A DNA stretch of 63,514 nt, counting the filler, from Octopus bimaculoides (lineage: Eukaryota), in the NCBI RefSeq assembly GCF_001194135.2. It is 6 parts of 6 records of this genome, joined end to end, with 100 filler letters (N's around TTAATTAATTAA, not from the genome) between each part and the next. Parts side by side here need not be neighbours in the genome. Positions count along the whole stretch, not along the records: positions 39,278 to 54,061 come from NC_068991.1; positions 54,162 to 56,876 come from NC_068988.1; positions 56,977 to 63,514 come from NC_068986.1; 3 more parts are not named here. One strand, given 5' to 3'. Every line of letters begins with the position of its first letter. The first letter of the stretch is position 1. Position numbers and translations under genes: made by a program. The notes under the pieces were generated by a model. The model saw nothing but the letters and a program-made list of their open reading frames with translations. It had not been told where the DNA came from and searched no databases. Positions 52,899-63,514 of this stretch are shown here, in pieces.

Positions 52899-54724
52899 GT
52901 AAGAAATAAATTTTGTCCTTGCCAATGTTTACAGTGATGCATAAGCGTATCTATGGCTGTTGTTTATTCCCACGTCAGCCTTGATCCTACAGACCTCCTA
53001 TCAAAGACATTCCTAACCACGACCGTCTATCTTTTCGTATGTCGTGGACTAAATTATTTAATATGTCCTTCTGTTAGTCAGTACGGTAGGACGTATTCTA
53101 GAAGCATTTCACTGCTATTTCTGATACTTTAATTCATCGCATGCCTGTTCTCTCTGCGGCGAGAGGGTTGAATATATTTTACTAAGGTGTTTGATTGTTT
53201 TGTTGTTGAATATTAACCGAATAAGTTTTAATTAAATGTTGATATTCTAGTGAAAAACGCAACGTTTTTCAAACAGTCTAATTTTCGTCCTAAATACCCT
53301 TGAGTATAGCGCGTGGCTTCGTCGTTAGAGTTTTAACTTGAGATTGAAAGATCTTAGTTTCGCTTCCTAGACCGGGTGGTGTGTTGTGTTTTTGAGCAAA
53401 ACACATTTCACGTTGCTGAGCGATTACTTTGTCATTTAGTTTGTGACACATCGTACACCTGCACAAGCAATATCGATATGATGGAGGGAGTGAGCTTAAT
53501 GTACGTGACATTTTGATTACTATAAACAAATCATCTGTGCAGGTTCTTCGACAAGAAATTACGGAACCCTAATTTGTCATCTATGACAGGAGAGTTCGTC
53601 ACCGTTGGGTTTCGAAACCTCTCATATTAATTTCAGGGATGTACTTACCAGGCAAGCGAGTAGATCTGAGAGCGTGAGTTGAATCTGAAACAATTGTATC
53701 GTTACAGACATATACGAGTCATTCAAAATCACACAATTTGATTTGCACATTTATTATTTGGTGTCAAAATTTTCATTGCATCAACTTTGACCTGGTTACT
53801 CACGCGATTCCACTGCGTTCATACCCCTGTGGACATTGGAATTAGACACAGGGAAAATGGCTGTAACTTTTTAATTTTTTAATTTTGGCGATTTTCGTTT
53901 TCGATAATGTGTTCTATATGTCACGGTCATGCGATTTCCCCTAAAAAAAATGTTTGACCCCCTTCCCTACACCCCCCACCCACACTTGATATGCTAGAAA
54001 TAACAGCTAAACGCGGACAATCCAAATCTTGCATTGGTCCAGATGGACTATATGTAATCTGNNNNNNNNNNNNNNNNNNNNNNNNNNNNNNNNNNNNNNN
54101 NNNNNTTAATTAATTAANNNNNNNNNNNNNNNNNNNNNNNNNNNNNNNNNNNNNNNNNNNNAAACACTTTCTACACACAGACATACACACACACATATAC
54201 ATACATACACTCATATATACATACGTATGTATGTGTGAGTGTGTGTGTGTGTGTGAGAGAGAGAAAGAGAGAGAGAGAGGGGGGGGGGAAGAGAGAGAGG
54301 GGGAAAGAGAGAGAGAGGGAAAGAAAGAGAGACAGTGAGTGCAAATACATATATATGCACGCATGAAAGCATACATACATACACGCACACACATACTCAC
54401 ACGCATTCATCTAAACATTAAAACTTATTCATGTTTGCTATGAATGTTTATGATCTTCTGTTAGTCCGTCAAGCGGCGTTGAGTGTGTGGGAGAGAAGAA
54501 AGAAGAAGACATGAAAGGCGGGGAAATAAAGAGCTCAATCAAGAAGTGTTGTCATAGATTGAATATTCAATGCCATAACTTGTTTAATTGGTACTATATT
54601 ACCAGTTCCTGACAACTTTATGCATACATACTTACATACATATATACATACGTACAAATATCCATCCATTCATCCATATATCCATAAATACATATACGCA
54701 CCCATACACGCATATATATGATTG

Positions 54725-54784
<60 letters not shown>

Positions 54785-54866
54785 ATTGTTAAAGAGGACA
54801 ACAAGCGTTAAGGCAAAGCAAACATCTCAGGTGATATGCGTTATAATTATTGGAAAAAAATTCATA

Positions 54867-54922
54867 GTCTTACAGCTGTTTCTGGATTGTCCCAAAGTAT
54901 GGGATATTCCGTCATCGGAGAC
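54867..54922 (-). ncRNA. Type I hammerhead-like motif
   Basis: The minus strand reads GTCT-CCGATGA-C-GGAATATCCCA(TACTT)TGGGACAATCC-A-GAAACAGCTGTA-AGAC: helix I GTCT/AGAC, palindromic ACAGCTGT helix III, GUA triplet, U4C in the core. Confidence 0.55.
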
Positions 54923-55146
54923 AAATAGGGAAAAGGAGAAGGGTATAGATTAATGAAATGACGACATAGTTGCAATAATAACATCACTAATACCACCTCC
55001 ACTACCGCTGCTAATACCAACACTACTATTAATAATGCTACTACTGCCGCTGCTGCTGCTGCTGCTACTACTACTACTACTACAACTACTACTACTACTA
55101 CTATTACTACTACTACTACTACTACTACTACTAACAATAATAATAC

Positions 55147-55184
<38 letters not shown>

Positions 55185-55219
55185 ATAATAATATAGAAAG
55201 GATTGAGGTNNNNNNNNNN

Positions 55220-55250
<31 letters not shown>

Positions 55251-55475
55251 ATAATAATATAGAAAGGATTGAGGTAACTCCTCCTCAAGATATAGAGTCA
55301 AAATTAAAAGAAGAGTGCCATTTGCTATCTCGTGAACAATATTTCGACATCTTGCGTGTCTTCCACTGGTTCAAAATATGATGATGATGATAGTGGTGAT
55401 GCTGCTGAATGAAGTAGATTGACAAATTTATTTTTTGAACCAGTGGAAGACACGCAAGATGTCGAAATATTGTTC

Positions 55476-55524
<49 letters not shown>

Positions 55525-55799
55525 TAATAATAATAATATTAGTAACGCTGACATTGATATTGATAGTAGAAATGACAGAAATGATAACAGCAGTATCACG
55601 AACGATTCACCTAATACTACCATAGCCACTACCAACACTACCTCATCTCTCTGCAACTGCAGATCTGGGACAGACTGCTCGCTGCAAGCCCATTGCAGAC
55701 GATTCAACATCGTATACCAATGCACCGTTCACATCATAATAAATAACTCCTATAGCTACTACACTGGATCTACCACATCTTTCAAACAAAGATATTATG

Positions 55800-55992
55800 C
55801 ACATTTGAACTCGTTTAAATATAAAGAGAATAGCAATTCTACATCACAAGCCAGCCACGTACGCCATCTAATTAATGGGAAAATACAATATAAACTTTCT
55901 TGGGCTATAATAGACTCTGGTATCCTATATCAGAGCCAGCACTCCATTTGTGGACTCCGCTTAAAAGAAGCTCTCAAAATTTTAACCCATAA
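55800..55992 (+). mobile_element. Penelope-like GIY-YIG endonuclease C-terminal fragment
   Basis: HLNSFKYKENSNSTSQASHVRHL...YKLSWAII...YQSQHSICGLRLKEALKI resembles H..SF....N.T.LS..IW.LK...I.W.I...PY...C.LCL.EK. Confidence 0.65.
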
Positions 55993-56255
55993 CAACCACC
56001 TCTGCTGCCATTCTGTAATTGAAGGTTGATATGTTCGTGTCTATTTCTAGATATTTACGCTATCAGGACTTTAACCTACATGGATTTACGTAGGATTGCA
56101 TCTAAGGACTTACGGACTTACTTCTACATGATCGGAAAGTTGAATTGTGAACTTTTATCCTTCTTTTACTTCTCTTTCTTCATCTCCTTATTCCTTTACT
56201 CATGTCCTCTTTGTCGTCATTTCATTAATCTATGCCCTTCTCATTTTCCCTATTT

Positions 56256-56311
56256 GTCTCCGATGACGGAATATCCCATACTCTGGGATATTCCAGAAAC
56301 AGCCATAAGAC
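56256..56311 (+). ncRNA. Type I hammerhead-like motif, second (inverted) copy
   Basis: Same layout with a perfect 11-bp helix II (GGAATATCCCA/TGGGATATTCC). Helix III is disrupted (CAGCCATA). Confidence 0.45.
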
Positions 56312-56723
56312 TTTGAATTTTTTCCAATAATGATAATGTATATGGTTTAAGATGTTTGCCTTGCCTTAACGTTTGTTGTCCTCTTTAACAATTATATTTC
56401 CGCTATATCGGAAATCTGCAATGGCTCCGTAACTACCGTCTCGGCTATAACCTTGGAGCTCTAGTAATCCGTTACAGCACTCATCTAGCGTACCTAATTG
56501 TTTGATCACCTGTGAACGAAACCCTCATATTTTGTGTGTGTATATATAAATGTATATATAAATACATATGTGTGTGTGCCCGTATGCATGTATATGTACA
56601 TATTCATATGCACAAATATATATACATGAATACACATGTATTTATATATAGAATCATACGTGTAAGTGTGGAGTGAAACTCAAACCACGAGACAAACTTT
56701 CGGTTTCAGTTTAAAGAAAAACA

Positions 56724-56762
<39 letters not shown>

Positions 56763-57001
56763 TACACGCACTCGTACACATATATAGACACATAGACCAT
56801 ACATGCCTGCATGTGAAACATAGATATGCATATACGAGTAAACATATAAACACACACACACACACACACACACACANNNNNNNNNNNNNNNNNNNNNNNN
56901 NNNNNNNNNNNNNNNNNNNNTTAATTAATTAANNNNNNNNNNNNNNNNNNNNNNNNNNNNNNNNNNNNNNNNNNNNTATATATATATATATATATATATA
57001 T

Positions 57002-58620
57002 ATGCATATAATTAGAAAATGGAGAAAACCACAGATTGACCAACACATCGATTGGGCCACATTTATAGCTTATTTGTTAATACAAAGCATGATATAACAA
57101 AATAGGTGATGTAACATACCTTACGGCCGTTACTGATCGGATTGCCAAAATGCAGTCTATAAATAAATGCGAGAATAAAGTTCTTCATCTTCATGGGGCA
57201 TCAGAGTGAAAAACAAGAGCATACAATATAAGCAAAAGGAAGAAGGAAAAGGAAAGAAAACATGGCTAAGACAGATAATCTAGAAGCTAATATGTTAAGA
57301 GCAATTTAATTTACCATCAGGGGCTACATGGTCGGTAGGTAAAAGAGTGTGCTAGTAATGGTGTCGGGAATACTACAATTTATTAACGGGTAAATGCAAT
57401 TTGAAGGGGTGGATGCAGGATGTTTAAAAAATGAAGTTATTAAGAAACTATATACAAGGAATAGGAACTATATACTTTAACAACTATGTAATGCAATGAA
57501 GTTTACTTAGGACACTATTGACAACTAGTGAGTTTCATTAATTGATATAATTTCATCATGTGACTTGGCTTTAAATATTATCCACCCAATTGTAAGTGCC
57601 ATTTTATTTGTGCATTGTAGAGCACCTATAAGATGAATTTTTCTTGCATACTTGTATATACCTAATTATTACTACAATGCGCTGTACACAAGGTTTAGCC
57701 CAATTTCATTCCCTAGCAGTTTTCATTGAACTGCTGAATTACCAGTATTAGTTGCCTCTCCTTAACCACTACTCCGTATATCCCCTAATTCTTCCCTCAT
57801 GCATGTTATAACGTTAAGATGCTGAAGGACGCAAACGGTCCCACATTATCTGTTCATTGACTTCTCCCCCGTATCTTTTTTTCTCTTTTCTTTTCTTGTT
57901 TATTTTATAAACAAATCCTTTGTAACGGTTTTAACTTGTGACCTCGGTTCAAATTGTAACTGACCAATTGTAGAGACCGCTGGACTTATATTTGCCCCAC
58001 TGTGGACAATAGGTGGGACTCTCGGTATTAATTTCTGAGTAAATCTTTTATTTAGCACCCTACGATAATTGTTTACTTTTACTTGAGTTTACTCCGTTAG
58101 CATAGGTACTGCCCTTTGAAAATTATGTCAGTATTTTCCTTATATATAGTTTCTCGATAACTTCTTTTTTAAAACATCCTGACCCCTCCCTTCAAATTGC
58201 ATCTGCCCGTTAATAAATTGTAGTATTCCCAAGACCATTACAAACACACTCTTTTACCTACCGACCATGTAGCCCGTGATGGTAAATCATTTGGCTCTTA
58301 ACATATTGGGCTTCTAGACTATTTGTCTAAGCCATGTTTTCTTTCCTTTCCCTTCTTTCCTTTGTTTATATTATATGCTCTTGTTTTTCACTCTGATGAA
58401 GATCCGTTGCCTTAATTTGAACGCCCTATGAAGATGAAGATCTTTATTCTTTCATTTACTTATAGACTGCATTTTGGCAATCCGATCAGTAACGGCCGTA
58501 AGATATATTACGTTTCCTATTTTGTTATGTCATACTTTGTATTAACAAATAAGCTATAAATGTGGTCCAATTGATGTGTTGGTTAATCTGTGGTTTTGTC
58601 CATTTTCTAATTATTTGCAT
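57002..58620. repeat. Large diverged inverted repeat, arms about 57002-57462 and 58136-58620
   Basis: For example CCTTACGGCCGTTACTGATCGGATTGCCAAAATGCAGTCTATAA against its reverse complement at about 58461-58505, and GGCTACATGGTCGGTAGGTAAAAGAGTGTG against about 58245-58275. Confidence 0.9.
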
Positions 58621-58771
58621 TGGTTCCTGATAAACTCTTGTTTATCCTGTTGTTATCTGCACTCTACGTGTATGGTGTGCCTGCACAACTATGGCCGGGG
58701 ATAATACAGGTAACGGATACCGATAGTATATACGGATATTTAATCCCTTAGTCGGTTACTATAACCGCTAA

Positions 58772-58823
<52 letters not shown>

Positions 58824-59188
58824 AATATATATANNNNNNNNNNNNNNNNNNNNNNNNNNNNNNNNNNNNNNNNNNNNNNNNNNNNNNNNNNNNNNNNNNN
58901 NNNNNNNNNNNNNNNNNNNNNNNNNNNNNNNNNNNNNNNNNNNNNNNNNNNNNNNNNNNNNNNNNNNNNNNNNNNNNNNNNNNNNNNNNNNNNNNNNNNN
59001 NNNNNNNNNNNNNNNNNNNNNNNNNNNNNNNNNNNNNNNNNNNNNNNNNNNNNNNNNNNNNNNNNNNNNNGGAAGAGGAAGATGATGAAGAGGAGGAGGA
59101 AGATGAGGAGGAAGAAGATGAGGAAGATGCAGCTATGTTCTTAAAGCAAAGCATCGCCTTAGCTTTTCTAAAACAACCATAGATGTTT

Positions 59189-59246
<58 letters not shown>

Positions 59247-59635
59247 AGTGTGTACTTCTATAATATAAGATCAACAAGGGAAGAATTTTTGTTCTATTTC
59301 TTTTTCTTCTCCCTCCTCCTATTACCCCTCCTCATCTTCCTTCTCCTCCTCTTCCTCACCTTCCTCATCTTCCTCCTTCTCATCTTCCTCATCTTCTTCC
59401 TCCCCATCTTCCTCTTCTTCCTCCTCCTCTTTTGATTCTGATTCTACGATTTCTTTCTCTCTCATAGTGTGTGTGCATAGCGTTGCTTTACTCATTGTCT
59501 GCCTCTGAGCCTAGTATATACACTCATTCTGCACCCGTTACGTTATCTCTCTGTTTCTCTTTTTGTAGTTTTCCCGGCCTCTATAAAGCGTTAACAGAGA
59601 AATCAACCAGCCAACAAACCAACATTTAGATCCCT

Positions 59636-59677
<42 letters not shown>

Positions 59678-59738
59678 GCGTGAGCACGCACACATATGTA
59701 TATATGCATATATACATACATCATACATATATATGCAT

Positions 59739-59771
<33 letters not shown>

Positions 59772-60773
59772 TGCATACAGAACGCATGTGCATACAAGGA
59801 CGCTCAAAACTACAAAAGTAGAGCGTCTCGCCAATTACACTTATATACATATGCGTACACTTCATGAGGAGCTGGACAACAAACGCGCATCCTCTACCAC
59901 CATCACCACCACCATAAAATATCAGACACGCAAANNNNNNNNNNNNNNNNNNNNNNNNNNNNNNNNNNNNNNNNNNNNNNNNNNNNNNNNNNNNNNNNNN
60001 NNNNNNNNNNNNNNNNNNNNNNNNNNNNNNNNNNNNNNNNNNNNNNNNNNNNNNNNNNNNNNNNNNNNNNNNNNNNNNNNNNNNNNNNNNNNNNNNNNNN
60101 NNNNNNNNNNNNNNNNNNNNNNNNNNNNNNNNNNNNNNNNNNNNNNNNNNNNNNNNNNNNNNNNNNNNNNNNNNNNNNNNNNNNNNNNNNNNNNNNNNNN
60201 NNNNNNNNNNNNNNNNNNNNNNNNNNNNNNNNNNNNNNNNNNNNNNNNNNNNNNNNNNNNNNNNNNNNNNNNNNNNNNNNNNNNNNNNNNNNNNNNNNNN
60301 NNNNNNNNNNNNNNNNNNNNNNNNNNNNNNNNNNNNNNNNNNNNNNNNNNNNNTATATATATATATATATATATATATGTCTGAGATCATGTGACTATAT
60401 AAGAAAAGCCGAGGCTGTCACGTTCTTTGCTATGTCAAGGAAGGCGTGTTTGACATTTAATTAACAAGAGCAGACAAATAGAAGTTATTGTATGTAACAT
60501 CGAAGGAAGCGACAGAGGGAGATGACAGAGTTCAAAGATGGGTCAGTCGTTATATTGAGTTAATGGAGTGTGTCTCTGGGTGTGTTTTGGGAAGGGAGAC
60601 TTTGACATATAAATGATTAAATGGTGTCTTACTGGGGTGACATTTTGTAAATCTGTATTATGTTTGAATGCGCGTGTTTGGGACTGTGGATAGGCGCGTG
60701 CAAGATTGTGTATAAGAGGGAAAGAATTGTGTGAGACAGCGTGTATATGTGCAAGAGTGAACGAATATTGCGT

Positions 60774-60804
<31 letters not shown>

Positions 60805-61484
60805 GGGAGCAAGTGTGAGGGAGCAAGTGAAAGAGAGAAAAAAGAGAAAGTGGGGGAGAGAAAATGTATGTATTGCGAGAGTGAGTGTGTGCGTATATAT
60901 GGGAGAGGATGGGGTGTATGTGAGCGAGAAATGCAGACTGACGAAGTGAGAAAGAGTGAGGGAGAGATTTACTGTTGCTTAACCTAGGTCAACCCTGATC
61001 AAGTAGAACTTTGATAAGACGTTCCAATAGTAATAATAGTAAGCATCTCGTCTTTTATTGAGATTATAATGCATTCCAAGATAACATAATCCATATGTTC
61101 ATTTTAAATGTGGTTTGAGTGAGATTTAGCTTTTGTTGCCAACAAGTCGGGCGAATACGTAGAGATAGTGTGTGGAAGATTGAAACGTCCATTTTGTTCA
61201 GACCCTCTTCAATCTGCATTTATCCCCAAAATTTAAACTAAATGATCTTAGTGGAATTCTAACCCCTCTTTGCTGTTTTTGGATTTAAAACAAACCAAGA
61301 GAGATTTTTAAAAATATTAATTACTCAGATGATTTCATTAAGTCGTATTTTTTTTACTTTCAGTATATTACATGTGTGAAACCCTCCTTTACTTGTATTA
61401 AGTATGCTGAACATTCTCCACTAACGTGTTACCTCCTCATCCATAATATGTATATGTGTATGTATGAAAGAGAGAGAATGAAAG

Positions 61485-61515
<31 letters not shown>

Positions 61516-62142
61516 AAGAGAATATGTGTATGTATGTACTGTATGTATGTATTGTTTGTGTACTCTGCGTTTGTGTGTTTGTGTGTGTGTGTGTACGATC
61601 TTCTATGTCGGTAAAAGTGGTTTGCTCAGAAGTGTGAACAGAAATCTTTTCTTTTTTTTTTTTGTCTGCGATTTGGGGTTCAGAAAGTAAACTAAAAGTA
61701 AATCAAGAGTAATGTTCCATTTAGTTTCTCCGGTGTAGATGTTTTAACGATATCATTTTTGCGGACATTGTACCTCGTTTTGGATGCGTTGCTAACACAA
61801 AGTTTCGATTGAGAATCTCTTCAAAGTTTTCTGGTGCTATTCCTAAAGTACACCAAATATTGAACAAACAGCATATCTTTTATCATCTTTTATTTAATAT
61901 TTTTTGTTTTGTAGTTATTTTACCTGTTGTGGATATAAAGGTTCAATCTTCAATCTCTCACCTAGAAGAGAACATCTCTCGAAGAGTATTGGAAAAAGTA
62001 CTAATAGATATAATGTGGCAAGCAACATGAACGAAGAAGTATTCTGCAGAAATAAAATAATAGTTTCGCAACTATATGGTTCCGTGTTCGATCTCACCCT
62101 TGACACCTTGAACATCTTGAATGTGTGCGTGTCTATGTATGG

Positions 62143-62203
<61 letters not shown>

Positions 62204-62216
62204 CTCTGTCTGTATG

Positions 62217-62262
<46 letters not shown>

Positions 62263-62355
62263 NNNNNNNNNNNNNNNNNNNNNNNNNNNNNNNNNNNNNN
62301 NNNNNNNNNNNNNNNNNNNNNNNNNNNNNNNNNNNNNNNNNNNNNNNNNNNNNNN

Positions 62356-62417
<62 letters not shown>

Positions 62418-62525
62418 CGAAGTGTGTAGTGGGTTTATGCAGGCGTAGCATGGATTCGATTCTCGATAGCCAAATTTCACTTAACACTTCAACACCACTT
62501 TTCTCACGGTAAAGAAATAGTTTTT

Positions 62526-63056
62526 CTGTGAGTGACAGCAGTTACATTTACCAGATGCCTTCGCTAAGCAGAATAGTGGCTTCACCACTTGACCCTTCTC
62601 ACCTCTTCTAGGCCACCAATAGCTAGAATAGAGATAACAGACCGCCAACGAAATTCATTCTTCTCAACAATATGTCTGTCCTTCTGGCTAGTTTTGATAG
62701 TTATAAAAACAAGAACTCCGTAAGCCAAAGTCACCATTAGTGAGTGTGAACGGACAACTAGAGTCATGTCCACAAGCAGGCAGTCACTAGAGACCAAACG
62801 GCCAGAGGGAAAAGAAAATTACAATCAGCGACTATGCGAGACAACTACCCTCGACTCTCTCACTTTCACTAACTCACTTTCTTTTCTCTGTAACATTACC
62901 ATATCTCTCTACATACATGAGATCATGTACAAACCCCGGCCGAGTTTGTACATCTTTCACATCTTACAACATACCGTTGCAATAAATTTTGCCGTTACAA
63001 TTGGTGACCCTTGACTGCAACGAATACCAACCGTTACAATTGGTGATCCCGACGTT
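62526..63056 (+). mobile_element. LTR retrotransposon 5' LTR end plus primer-binding site (left border undefined)
   Basis: AATAAA at 62981, LTR end ...GCCGTTACA (62999), then TGGTGACCC (63002) and TGGTGATCCCGACGT (63041), complementary to the tRNA-Trp 3' end. Confidence 0.7.
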
Positions 63057-63514
63057 GCACCATAACAGGCATCGATTACATATATAATTAAACGAGGCAG
63101 AGTGTGACCAGAGTTTTACCGAAAAGGAAAAATAATAATTGTCATTAAATATGACTGAGGGTGTAAGAACACCTACACTGCTAGAAATAAGAGCTGAAGG
63201 GCTCTGTTGCTGCTGTCAACGCACATAAATTGTATACATGCTGGCAGCGACGGTAAATGGCCGGAAAGTGGCGATCGGGATATCCCTATAAAGTACAGTT
63301 TCAGCTTTAGACCGAAAGCATCATCAAAAGGGTCGGCACAAATCGCCAGATTCCGGACTACGTCGCCACGCGCATATATATCTACTCCATAAAAGTTTAT
63401 GGATGATTTAGAGAACTGCTAATGTGAACACAAATAATTAAATGAGGCAGCTAGTTAGTAGAGTTTCATACATACACATACATACATACATACATACATA
63501 CATACATACATACA

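Noticed and set aside
55160-55276. Direct duplication of (TAG)n-AATAATAATATAGAAAGGATTGAGGT around a 10-N gap
   Set aside because: Typical overlap of contig ends across a gap, so an assembly artefact.
62992-63056. Repeat-spacer-repeat pattern suggestive of CRISPR
   Set aside because: Only two units in a eukaryotic context with no cas genes. It is better explained as an LTR/PBS duplication.

Overview
AT-rich eukaryotic genomic DNA dense in microsatellites, SINEs and transposons. The repeat families and assembly style suggest an octopus genome (inference, no database check). Five 100-nt N44-TTAATTAATTAA-N44 spacers (25561, 36029, 39178, 54062, 56877) mark assembly joins. The block between two of them (39278-54061) holds the only recognisable host genes. 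One is a minus-strand ATRIP ortholog: six coding exons reconstructed by hand, 1890 nt / 630 codons with consistent phases, 3' end cut off by the join. Facing away from it is exon 1 of a probable NDUFB11 (complex I ESSS subunit). The rest is mobile-element debris. DNA transposons: a near-full-length Tc1 with DD36E spacing, mariner fragments including a MITE built from two 3' ends, a rosa-like and a pogo/Tigger fragment, and an hAT MITE with an 8-bp TSD. Retroelements: Tx1/L1-like, R4/Dong-like, HERO-like and RTE LINEs, Penelope-like pieces with hammerhead-ribozyme-like motifs and inverted arms, an LTR end with a duplicated tRNA-Trp primer-binding site, and many tRNA-derived SINEs. I found no convincing new multi-gene system. 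The best leads are the DD36E Tc1, the hammerhead-like motifs, the double-3'-end MITE, the PHD finger inside the RTE reverse transcriptase, and the ATRIP/NDUFB11 divergent pair. Most ORFs in the supplied track are microsatellite or N-gap artefacts.
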